A stretch of DNA of 64,000 nucleotides from Blastocatellia bacterium (GTDB lineage: Bacteria > Acidobacteriota > Blastocatellia > UBA7656): positions 416,001-480,000 of the forward strand of contig CAVXWP010000001.1 of assembly GCA_963765495.1 (NCBI GenBank). The letters run 5' to 3'. The position numbers and the translations under genes are program-made. Positions 9,488 to 18,231 of this stretch are shown here, in pieces. The first letter of the stretch is position 1, and the number at the start of each line of letters is the position of its first letter. The notes beneath the pieces are model-generated. The model did not search any database, was not told where the DNA came from, and saw only the letters and a program-made list of their open reading frames with translations.

Positions 9488-11356
9488 TTAGTAAGTCAAT
9501 CCGAACCCGTATTTGAAGAGAGGGTCATAGTTGGCGTCTCCGACATTGATCGGAATTTGAGCCATCGAGCGCGGCCAGGAAACCGAGAGCTTGCCCGTGG
9601 GCTTGTAATCGCCAAACAAAACATCCGTCACTCCTTCGCCTTCCGTACCGGGCAGCCACGCGGCTACGAAGCCGTCGCATTTGTCCCAGACCTGATCGAT
9701 GATCATGGGCCGTCCCGACAACAGCACTACCACTACAGGGATGCCCGCCTTCTTCATGTTTTCAATCGCGGCTACATCTTCCTTGTCGAGCGTTAAATCT
9801 TCTCGGTCGCCCATCATCTCGGCATAGGGCGTTTCGCCTACGACCACTATACCGATATTTGCGCCCTCGGCCCCCGATCCGTCCTTTGAAAAAGTGACCT
9901 TCGTATTCTTTGAGACCGATTTTTGAATGGCGCTCAGGATGGTCGTCCCACCCGTCGTCACATTCCCTGTTTCGCCCTGCCACGTTATAGTCCAGCCGCC
10001 GCACTGATTTCCAATATTATCGGCGCTCTTGCCCCCGACGTGTATTCGGGCGAGCTTTTTGGAAACGGGCAACGCTTTGTTTTCGTTCTTGAGCAGGACT
10101 AAGGATTGGCGCACACACTCGCGCGCCACCTGCCGGTGCGCGGCGGAGCCAAAGGATTTTTGCAACTTCCTGTCGGCCAGAAGCGATGCGCCTTTATCCA
10201 TCATTCCCATAGCGAATTTGACGCGCAATATGCGCCGCACGGCATCGTCAATCCGCGACATAGGAACTTTCCCTTCTTTGACAAGGTCTCTCAGAGTGTT
10301 AAAGAACTCCTCATATTTGCCGGGAACCATAACCATATCCATACCGGCGTTTATTGATTGCTCCACATCGCTTTTGTAATCTCCGGGCAACTGATCGATG
10401 GCCGCGTAATCAGAGATCAAAAAACCTTCAAAGCCCAGCTCCCCTTTCAGTATCTCGGTCAGCAATCTCTTGCTGCCCGAACATTTCTCTCCGTTCCAAC
10501 TGTTATACGAGGGCATGATCGAGCCTACACCGGCCTGTATCGCGGGGATATAGCCCTGCATATGAAGCTCTCTGAGTTCGACTTCGCTCAACCGCGTATC
10601 GCCCTGATCGAGCGGGAAGCGGTCGGAGGTTCCCTGTTTTGGCACCCCGGTTCCCCAGCTTGTGCCGCCGTCTCCGACAAAATGTTTCGCGCAGGCCAGA
10701 ACGCTCAGTCGCCCCCCGAGATCATCTCCCTGAAGCCCCTTCACGGCAGGGCCGCCGAGCATCTTTGCAAGCTCGGGAGTCTCGCCGTATCCTTCGTAAC
10801 TCCTGCCCCATCGTTCGTCACGGGGTACGGTCACACACGGAGCAAAGGCCCAGTTGATCCCGGTCGCTTTGACCTCTTCGGCGGTTACGCGAGAAGCCTT
10901 TTCGACCAGTTCGGGATTTCTCGTGCACCCGAGCCCGATGTTATGCGGGAAGACAACAGCGCCCAGCACGTTGTTGTGCCCGTGTACGGCATCCACGCCG
11001 TAGAGAATAGGTATTCCAAGACGGGTCTTCATCGCGTGAGTCTGATACTCGTCATACATATCGGTCCAGGCTTGCAGACTGTTTCCCGCCTTGGGGTCCG
11101 AATTTCCCCCGCTAAGTAGCGAGCCGAGAAAAAATTTCTGAATATCATTGACATCTTTGAGCGCGCTCTGTTCGGCCTGAGTCATCTGCCCGATCTTCTC
11201 TTCGAGCGTCATCTTTGATAATAGTTCGTTGACCTTCTCGTCATAGGAAGAGAGCGGTTTTGGACTCGTCGAGCGAACAGGTTTACGTTCTGCCGGCACT
11301 CTGGGGAAAGCGGCGCTCACGAGTACCAGGAGAATGATGGCGCTGAATATCTTCAT
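9488..11356 (-). CDS. GH3 beta-glucosidase/exo-beta-glucanase
   Basis: [35 protein letters not shown] and nucleophile ISDY, plus a signal peptide. AAGGAG precedes ATG 11356. Confidence 0.93.
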   Translation of the reverse strand: MKIFSAIILLVLVSAAFPRVPAERKPVRSTSPKPLSSYDEKVNELLSKMTLEEKIGQMTQAEQSALKDVNDIQKFFLGSLLSGGNSDPKAGNSLQAWTDMYDEYQTHAMKTRLGIPILYGVDAVHGHNNVLGAVVFPHNIGLGCTRNPELVEKASRVTAEEVKATGINWAFAPCVTVPRDERWGRSYEGYGETPELAKMLGGPAVKGLQGDDLGGRLSVLACAKHFVGDGGTSWGTGVPKQGTSDRFPLDQGDTRLSEVELRELHMQGYIPAIQAGVGSIMPSYNSWNGEKCSGSKRLLTEILKGELGFEGFLISDYAAIDQLPGDYKSDVEQSINAGMDMVMVPGKYEEFFNTLRDLVKEGKVPMSRIDDAVRRILRVKFAMGMMDKGASLLADRKLQKSFGSAAHRQVARECVRQSLVLLKNENKALPVSKKLARIHVGGKSADNIGNQCGGWTITWQGETGNVTTGGTTILSAIQKSVSKNTKVTFSKDGSGAEGANIGIVVVGETPYAEMMGDREDLTLDKEDVAAIENMKKAGIPVVVVLLSGRPMIIDQVWDKCDGFVAAWLPGTEGEGVTDVLFGDYKPTGKLSVSWPRSMAQIPINVGDANYDPLFKYGFGLTY

Positions 11357-11552
11357 GTTATCTCTCCTTAGCAAGTATTTTTATGATTCTTCAAGTTATT
11401 GCTCAACAAGCTGTTTGCAAGTTTAGACAATAGCAAATATTCGCAAATTTTGCCCGTCTTTCAATTGAAAAAATTTGAGTGGTTGTGAATCGAGCGGCGA
11501 TTGATGCGGGCTTTCAAGTTTGCGCCGGGCCTTGAGGGAAGGTCCATAGCTC

Positions 11553-11606
11553 AAAATGAGGATGCGGCAAGCAGTTTCGATTGCGCGAAACCGGCACCGC
11601 ATCCTC
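11553..11606 (-). terminator. GC-rich hairpin, terminator-like on minus strand
   Basis: GAGGATGCGG...CCGCATCCTC stem with inner GTTTCG/CGAAAC, followed by ATTTT on the minus strand. Confidence 0.45.
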
Positions 11607-12038
11607 TTCAACCAGTGCCAGCAAGTTCTCACTGAAGCTGTAATCACTGGGCACCACGCTCACATCTGTATCCGGCCCGCCTACGCCGCTGCTATTTGCG
11701 TTTTCACCGTCCGCTCACGGGTGCGCGGCCATAAGCCTTTATCGTCTTCCCGGTCCTAAACTCTTTAAGGTCCGTGATTTTGATCAGGCTCATCCCCTGA
11801 AAGGCTTGATATGCCTTGAGCCTGCCCGGTCACGAATCTTTGGTTTCAGGAAAGACCCAGAAACCGCAGAGCCGAATCAATACCAGTCAAATAGTGTCAA
11901 AATATCGCAGGTCTCTTATCCTAAACCATTTTCGGGTCGTCGTGGTAGTTAATTGGAGTATCATGGTGTTACTTTCATTAACGCCAATAAAAGCAATCAA
12001 TTACGAACAAGATGTTACATCCTTCAGGCAACATGTTT

Positions 12039-12174
12039 CTGATGCGCGAAGTGTGATGCGCTCGCTGATAGGTGATGAGTGATGCGTGACTATCAGGTAG
12101 ACCACAGTATTAAGATTACCCGCAAGCCTGCTGAATCACTCATCACTCATCAGGCATCACTTTTCACGTATCAG
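12039..12174. repeat. Family A heptamer-arm element with conserved core
   Basis: GTGATGA/GTGATGC arms; the core is the reverse complement of the cores at 15569 and 23845. Confidence 0.8.
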
Positions 12175-12176
12175 CA

Positions 12177-12204
12177 TTGACGAATCAGGGGAAGTGGATA
12201 AAAT
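12177..12204 (+). promoter_or_regulatory. Putative sigma-70 promoter, possibly giving a leaderless mRNA
   Basis: TTGACG-N16-TAAAAT ends 8 nt before ATG 12213; no clear Shine-Dalgarno. Confidence 0.5.
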
Positions 12205-12212
12205 AGGGCGCT

Positions 12213-13970
12213 ATGAAAACGGCTCGCGTATTGATCTCGCTAATTCTTTCGCTTGTGGTTGTATTTTTGGCCTCCGCGCAGACACCAAAATATCCGGCCT
12301 CGCCCGACTCGAAGCCTCAAGACGGGGTGCCGAAAGGCGAAATCCTCAAATTCAGCTTTGACCATTCAAAGATTTTCCCGGGCACTTATCGCGATTACTG
12401 GGTATACGTGCCCGCCCAGTACACGCCCGATCACCCGGCCTGTCTTTATGTGAATCAGGACGGCATACAGTGGGAAGCGCCTACGGTCTTTGACAATCTC
12501 ATCTACAAAAAAGAGATGCCTGTGACCATAGGTGTCTTTGTGATGCACGGGCGAGTCAAGGCCCGTGACGACAACGCCGCGCTTGACAGGTTCAATCGCA
12601 GTTATGAATACGACGGCCTCGGAGACAATTACGTCAGGTTTCTGCTTGAAGAACTTCTTCCCGAAGTCGAGACGAAGAAGACATCTGACGGCAGAGCGAT
12701 CAGGCTTTCGCCGAGAGCCGAGGACCGCGCCATTGGAGGGTCGAGCAGCGGCGCAATCTGCGCCTTCACAGCCGCCTGGGAACGGCCCGACGCCTTTAGC
12801 CGTGTATTCAGCGCGATAGGCACTTACGTAGGGTTGCGCGGCGGCGACCGTTACCCCACACTCGTCCGAAAATACGAGCCAAAGCCGATTCGCGTCTTCT
12901 TGCAGGATGGTTCAGGCGATCTGAATATCTACGCGGGCGACTGGTGGATGGTGAATCAGACGATGGAGCGCGCGCTTAAATTTGCGGGCTACGAAGTCGA
13001 GCACGTCTGGGGCGAAGGCGGCCACAACGGGGAACACGGTACGTCGATCTTTCCCGATGCGATGCGATGGCTCTGGAAAGACTGGCCGCAACCCGTAAGA
13101 AACGGGCAGACAAATAACAACACTCTCAAAGAGATTCTGATTCCGGGCGAAGGGTGGCAGCTTGTGGGTGAAGGCTATACATCTGCCGCAGGCCCCGCGA
13201 CAAATGCGAGCGGAGAAGTATTCTTCACCGACGCAGCAAGCAACAAGTCTTACAGAATCGGGCTTGACGGCAAGGTGAGCCCGTTTAGTGCCGGTTCAAA
13301 GAAGAGCAGGGAACAGGCATTCGGCCCGGACAGGCGACTTTTCACAATCGCGGGTGACGGGAAAAAGATCATCGCCTATGATTCGGCGGGCAAGGCTTCG
13401 TCCGTCGCTGATGTCGCTGCTGCTCGCGACATAGTTGTAGCAAACAACGGAAATATTTATGTAACAGACGGGGGGCCAAACAGCGATGCGAGCAGGATAT
13501 GGCTCATCAAACCGAGCGGGGGAGGAAAGGTAGTAGACACAATATCCGGCTTTGCAAACGGCATCACGCTATCGCCCGACCAGACCTTGCTTTACGCAAA
13601 CGACAGCCGCGCCCACTGGGTTTACAGTTACCAGATACAGCCGGACGGATCATTAGAGTTCAAGCAGCGCTATTACTGGTTGCACGTACCCGACACGGCC
13701 GAAGACAGCGGGGCAGGCGGCATGTGCACGGATTACGACGGACGCCTTTACGTTGCGTCGCGGCTCGGCATACAGATTTGCGATCAGGCCGGGAGGGTCA
13801 ACTGCATCATCCCTACGCCAAACGGCAAAGTATCGAGCATATGTCTTGGAGGCGACAAATTCGACACGCTTTATGCGACCTGCGGCGAAAAGGTTTACCG
13901 CCGCAAGCTGAAAGTCAGAGGGGCACAGGCGTGGGACGCGCCGCACAAGCCCACCGCTCCCAGATTGTAA
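12213..13970 (+). CDS. Fusion of putative esterase (alpha/beta hydrolase) and SMP-30/gluconolactonase beta-propeller
   Basis: NRSYEYD and GSSSG nucleophile elbow with GGH; the second half has NGITLSPDQ and GRLYVA...GIQ. Signal peptide present. Confidence 0.85.
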   Translation: MKTARVLISLILSLVVVFLASAQTPKYPASPDSKPQDGVPKGEILKFSFDHSKIFPGTYRDYWVYVPAQYTPDHPACLYVNQDGIQWEAPTVFDNLIYKKEMPVTIGVFVMHGRVKARDDNAALDRFNRSYEYDGLGDNYVRFLLEELLPEVETKKTSDGRAIRLSPRAEDRAIGGSSSGAICAFTAAWERPDAFSRVFSAIGTYVGLRGGDRYPTLVRKYEPKPIRVFLQDGSGDLNIYAGDWWMVNQTMERALKFAGYEVEHVWGEGGHNGEHGTSIFPDAMRWLWKDWPQPVRNGQTNNNTLKEILIPGEGWQLVGEGYTSAAGPATNASGEVFFTDAASNKSYRIGLDGKVSPFSAGSKKSREQAFGPDRRLFTIAGDGKKIIAYDSAGKASSVADVAAARDIVVANNGNIYVTDGGPNSDASRIWLIKPSGGGKVVDTISGFANGITLSPDQTLLYANDSRAHWVYSYQIQPDGSLEFKQRYYWLHVPDTAEDSGAGGMCTDYDGRLYVASRLGIQICDQAGRVNCIIPTPNGKVSSICLGGDKFDTLYATCGEKVYRRKLKVRGAQAWDAPHKPTAPRL

Positions 13971-13974
13971 TCGA

Positions 13975-14037
13975 GCAGTAGGGGGTAGGCAGTGATTGCG
14001 CCCCGGAGGGGCGCAATCACTGCCTACCCCCTACTGC
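13975..14037. terminator. Perfect 30-bp hairpin between convergent genes
   Basis: GCAGTAGGGGGTAGGCAGTGATTGCGCCCC-GGA-exact reverse complement; the right arm includes the last codons and stop of the ABC ATPase. Confidence 0.8.
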
Positions 14038-15519
14038 GAGGCGCATAATGGCCTCTTCGCTGCACTCGCTGCGTTCGAGGATGCCTGTGATGTTTCCTTC
14101 GTGCATGACGGCTACACGGTCGCTCTCTCCGAGAACCTCTTCCATGTCGCTGCTGATCATAATTATCGCAACGCCGCCCTCGGCAAGCTTGCGCATCAGA
14201 TCATAGATTTCCGCCTTCGCGCCTACATCAATCCCCCGCGTAGGCTCGTCGAAAATCAGCACCTTGGGCGAAAGCGACAACCATTTGGCAAGCACGACTT
14301 TCTGCTGATTGCCGCCGCTCAGGTTTGCCGCCTTCACTTCGATAGAAGGCGTTTTGACATTCAGTTTCTTGCACATCTCGGAAGCCTTTTTTCGCTCCGC
14401 GTTTCGATCAATAAGCCCGCCCGAAGCAAAGCCGGATAGAGACGGCAGGGTTATGTTTTCACGGATAGCCATCTCTAAAACGAGGCCGTGTTTGCGCCTG
14501 TCTTCCGACACAAGATAAATTCCATGCGCAATGGCATCCTGAGCCGAAAAGATTTTGATCGGCTCACCGTCAAGCGACACCGTACCTTCAAGGGCGGGTT
14601 CTACTCCGAAAACCGCCTGCGCCACTTCCGATCTTCCCGCTCCGACAAGTCCGGCAAGCCCGAGTATCTCTCCCTGCCCGACATCGAGCGAGACTGCCTG
14701 CCCCGGGTAACGCTTTGTGCGCAGGTTGCGAATCTGAAAAAAATTGGGTTGTGCCGATGTCGTGGGATGGACGTAAAAATGATTCAAATCGCGCCCCACC
14801 ATCAGCCTCACGATGGAGTCGTGATTTATCTGGTCGCGCGCGAGCACCCCGGCGTTGCGCCCGTCGCGCAGGACGACTACGCGGTCGGCAAGATCGGTGA
14901 TTTCACCAAGCCTGTGCGAGATGTAAATTATGCTGACGCCCTGCTCTCTCAATTCCTTTGCGACCTCAAGCAGGCGGTCGGTTTCCGTAAGCGTGAGGCT
15001 CGACGTAGGCTCATCCATAATCAGGATGCGGGCGTTCAAGGAAAGCGCCTTGGCGATCTCGACCATCTGTTGCTGCGCGATTGACAGGCTCTTGAGCGGT
15101 CTGCGGCTCGACACATCGAGCCCAAGCCGTTTGAGGTAAACATCGGCCTCAGTATACATCTTCTGGCGGTCGACAAGTCTGAGCGGCCCTCCCCAAAAGG
15201 GCTCGCGACCGAGAAAGACATTCCCGGCAATATCCAGGTTATCGAGTACGTTCAATTCCTGATGTATAAAGCCGATGCCCCGGCTGATTGCATCCGAAAC
15301 CGAACGGATAGCTGTCTCTTCGCCGCCGATGCGAATCCGGCCTTTGTCGGGCTGGTGAACGCCTCCGAGGATTTTCATCAGCGTAGACTTGCCCGCGCCA
15401 TTCTCTCCGGCAAGGGCTACGATCTCGCCCGGATGGACTTCCATATCTACTTCATCAAGGGCGATGACGCCGGGGAACCTTTTACAGATTCCTTTCATTT
15501 CGAGAATAGGGTTGGTCAT
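14017..15519 (-). CDS. Monosaccharide ABC transporter ATPase (RbsA/MglA type)
   Basis: [24 protein letters not shown] and DEPTRGID. Start reassigned to MTNPILEM because the longer ORF reads through a repeat element. Confidence 0.93.
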   Translation of the reverse strand: MTNPILEMKGICKRFPGVIALDEVDMEVHPGEIVALAGENGAGKSTLMKILGGVHQPDKGRIRIGGEETAIRSVSDAISRGIGFIHQELNVLDNLDIAGNVFLGREPFWGGPLRLVDRQKMYTEADVYLKRLGLDVSSRRPLKSLSIAQQQMVEIAKALSLNARILIMDEPTSSLTLTETDRLLEVAKELREQGVSIIYISHRLGEITDLADRVVVLRDGRNAGVLARDQINHDSIVRLMVGRDLNHFYVHPTTSAQPNFFQIRNLRTKRYPGQAVSLDVGQGEILGLAGLVGAGRSEVAQAVFGVEPALEGTVSLDGEPIKIFSAQDAIAHGIYLVSEDRRKHGLVLEMAIRENITLPSLSGFASGGLIDRNAERKKASEMCKKLNVKTPSIEVKAANLSGGNQQKVVLAKWLSLSPKVLIFDEPTRGIDVGAKAEIYDLMRKLAEGGVAIIMISSDMEEVLGESDRVAVMHEGNITGILERSECSEEAIMRLAVGGRQ

Positions 15520-15568
15520 TACTTTGGTTTCTCTAGGCCGCAGGTGATGCGCTGGCTGATGCGCTGGT

Positions 15569-15664
15569 TGATGCGTGATTCGTGATCCGTGATTCAGCAG
15601 GCTTGAGAGTGATCTTAATACTTTGGCCCGCCTGACAGTCACGCATCACGCATCACGCATCATC
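15569..15664. repeat. Family A heptamer-arm element
   Basis: TGATGCGTGATTCGTGATCCGTGA-core-TCACGCATCACGCATCACGCATCA. Confidence 0.85.
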
Positions 15665-15670
15665 GCCGAT

Positions 15671-16663
15671 TTAGCTTCGACCGCGAAGCTGATTGATCTT
15701 GGCGCTGAATGCGTCAACATCGTCCTTCTTGATGACGAGCGTCGGAACAATCACCTGTTTGTTGGCCGGTATCACGGATTTGTCTCCGCTCAACACTTTC
15801 GCGAGCAACTGCACCGATTGATATCCGAACTCGAAAGGCTGTTGGACGACGGTGGCGTAAATAGAGCCTTCTTTTACTCCCGCGAGCGTTTCGGCTTCTT
15901 CATCGAAAGAGACGACCTTGATCTGACCCACCTTGCCCGCGTCCTTCAGCGCGCCCAGGATGGCCGGGCCGTTGTAGCTCCACAGCCCTACCAGACACAC
16001 GATATCGGGGTATTTGACCAGCGTGTCAGAGACATTCGCCTTGGCTCGCACCCGGTCGGCATCGTCCGTGCGTACGTCTATGATTTGAATATTCGACCCT
16101 TGAATCGCTTCCTTGATGCCCTGAAGACGCTCTTGAGCATTACGGGCATCGAGCTTGCCTACAAAGACCATGATCTTGCCTCCCTGAGGGAGGACTTCTT
16201 TGATCAACTGGCCCGCCTGTCGCCCGGCCGCCACGTTGTCTGTGCCCACGTAGCAGGCGCGGTCGCTTTGCGGCGCATCGCTGTCCTGGGTTACGACGAC
16301 GATCTGTTTGGATATATCGTTGATCATCTGGGTTTGGTTGTCTGGGTCAACGGGGCTTATGGCGATGCCGGAGACGCCTTTAGCCATAAGGTCGTCAATT
16401 ATGCGGCGCTGCTCGGCCGCCGTACCGTCGGACGGTATCTTAAATTCGACTTCTATATTGGCAAGCTCGGAGTCGGCCTTCTCGCACCCTTTGCGCGCAA
16501 TCGTCCAGAAATCGGAGGCGTTGTTGGTCACAAAGGCTACCTTGTAGTTACTTCCCGCGCCAGCCCCCCCGGAGGAAGGGCTTCCAGAAGGCGAGCAGGA
16601 AACAAACAGCATACAAACAAGCGCGCACAAAAAGGCGAGCGCTGAACGGGAAAATTTCATCAT
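15671..16663 (-). CDS. Sugar ABC substrate-binding lipoprotein (RbsB-like)
   Basis: Lipobox FVSC, NNASDFW, YVGTDN..AG, VVQQPFEFGY. Confidence 0.9.
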   Translation of the reverse strand: MMKFSRSALAFLCALVCMLFVSCSPSGSPSSGGAGAGSNYKVAFVTNNASDFWTIARKGCEKADSELANIEVEFKIPSDGTAAEQRRIIDDLMAKGVSGIAISPVDPDNQTQMINDISKQIVVVTQDSDAPQSDRACYVGTDNVAAGRQAGQLIKEVLPQGGKIMVFVGKLDARNAQERLQGIKEAIQGSNIQIIDVRTDDADRVRAKANVSDTLVKYPDIVCLVGLWSYNGPAILGALKDAGKVGQIKVVSFDEEAETLAGVKEGSIYATVVQQPFEFGYQSVQLLAKVLSGDKSVIPANKQVIVPTLVIKKDDVDAFSAKINQLRGRS

Positions 16664-16730
16664 ATCCTCCTATCAAATTCCATAACTGATCTTCTATGTT
16701 CGAATAATATTCCGGTCAAAGACGCGGCTC

Positions 16731-17714
16731 CTACGCGCTTGCAGGAGTGCTTGCCTGCGGCGCTACGTGTTTTGTCCTGGCCGCGCGCCGTTGAAGTATC
16801 TGATCGCCGATGACGCCAAGCAGAATCACGGCTCCCATCACGGCGAAATTGAGCGAAGACGGGACGCCCAGAAGGTTGACCAGATTTTGTAAGACCTGCA
16901 AAAGCGCCGTGCCTATCAGGACGCCGATGATCGAGCCTTCGCCGCCGCGCAGGCTGCAACCTCCAAGCACCGCCGCCGCTATGCCGTATAACTCAAAGAA
17001 ATTGCCGTGTGATGAGGGCGATACCGAGTTTGTGTAGAAGGCAAAGATGATGGCTGAAAACCCGGCCAGCAGGCCCAGAATCACATAGGCTCCGGTGATT
17101 ATTCTCTGCGCATTTATACCCGAATAACGCGCCGCCTCTTCGTTGCGCCCGACGGCAAAGAGATAGCGGCCATAAACCGACCGATGCAACACGACCCACA
17201 TGATCAGGCTGATTATTATCAGCAGCACAAAGGGCGTAGGAATTCCGAGAAAACTCCCGGTCGCAAGATTCTGCAAGCCCTCAAACCCCACGGCGTTGCC
17301 GAATCCCTTCGTTTCATCGTTTGCGATAAAGCGCGCCAGCCCGCGATAAAACAGCAATCCGCATAGCGTGACGATGAAAGGCTGCAACCCGAGCCGCGTA
17401 ATCAGCAGACCGTGTATGAGGCCAAGCCCCATAGCGATGCCGAGCACGGCCGTGACCGCAAGCGCAGCAGGCCATCCCCACTCCACAAGCATCATCGACA
17501 GCAATACGCCAAGAAGGGCGAAGACCGAGCCTACGGAAAGATCTATGCCGCCCGTGATGATCACTATTCCAAGTCCTATGCTGAATATGCCGTAAGCGCC
17601 TATGAGCCGCATCATATTTTGCAGATTTGGCCCGGAGAGAAAGCGCGGGTTGAGGACGGAAACGACTATGCACAGGATAACGAGCAGAAGAAACGTGCCG
17701 AGTTCTTTTTTCAT
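16731..17714 (-). CDS. Sugar ABC permease (RbsC-like)
   Basis: GGIDLSVGS, PFIVTL, G.NEEAARYSG, IAAAVLGG.SL.GG.G. Confidence 0.92.
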   Translation of the reverse strand: MKKELGTFLLLVILCIVVSVLNPRFLSGPNLQNMMRLIGAYGIFSIGLGIVIITGGIDLSVGSVFALLGVLLSMMLVEWGWPAALAVTAVLGIAMGLGLIHGLLITRLGLQPFIVTLCGLLFYRGLARFIANDETKGFGNAVGFEGLQNLATGSFLGIPTPFVLLIIISLIMWVVLHRSVYGRYLFAVGRNEEAARYSGINAQRIITGAYVILGLLAGFSAIIFAFYTNSVSPSSHGNFFELYGIAAAVLGGCSLRGGEGSIIGVLIGTALLQVLQNLVNLLGVPSSLNFAVMGAVILLGVIGDQILQRRAARTKHVAPQASTPASA

Positions 17715-17964
17715 AAACTCAAGTCCGAAATCTGGTTTTACAGCGAATAATTACAGGTGACAGGTCGAAAGGATACTTTATTTATCATTTCTAGCCAAGC
17801 CCTCAGAGCCATTTAATTTCCGGACGGACCTTTCGGAGTCACACGAGGCCATTGATTGCCTGATGAGAAACTTTGCGTTTCTTTGCGTACTTTGTGCCTT
17901 TGCGAGCAAATGAACCTCGCAAAGATACAAGGAATGATCTCTTTCTCACCCGTTCTTGACCGGC

Positions 17965-18120
17965 CAGGGCTATAACAAAGTGGCTCGACAGGTATTGTAG
18001 GGGCAGGGCTTGTCCCTGCCCGAATCGCGCGTTAGCGCGATGACTGTCATCGCCATTTGGGCGATCCGGGCAGGGACAAGCCCTGCCCCTACATCTTCAC
18101 CCGACTTTGTTACAGCCCTG
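17965..18120. mobile_element. 156-bp MITE with 17-bp TIRs and 10-bp target-site duplication, carrying an internal GTAG REP doublet
   Basis: Left TIR CAGGGCTATAACAAAGT, right TIR ACTTTGTTACAGCCCTG (1 mismatch). Direct repeat CTTGACCGGC at 17955-17964 and 18121-18130. Confidence 0.8.
17997..18092. repeat. GTAG-type REP doublet (REPIN-like, family C)
   Basis: GTAGGGGCAGGGCTTGTCCCTGCCC...GGGCAGGGACAAGCCCTGCCCCTAC. Confidence 0.85.
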
Positions 18121-18231
18121 CTTGACCGGCGGATGGAATTGACTCACGAATTTGCCTCCCATATACTCAAACTTTCATCAAAAGCTCTTGTGTTGTGGCC
18201 ATGTATGTTAGAGGTATTTAGAGGGGAGATT

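Noticed and set aside
11681-11707. Minus-strand VKTQIAAA-stop resembling a tmRNA tag
   Set aside because: No tRNA-like 5' (GGGG..GATTCGAC) or 3' (TTCGA..TCCACCA) ends were found nearby.
11514-11732. Minus-strand MAAHP-TGA-ADGEN... as a possible readthrough or selenoprotein ORF
   Set aside because: There is no redox motif or recognisable family and no SD; the region is better explained as structured non-coding DNA.
15520-15642. N-terminal extensions in the ORF track (ABC ATPase; likewise 18010, 48098, 49118)
   Set aside because: The extensions read through intergenic repeat elements, and downstream ATGs give family-typical N-termini.
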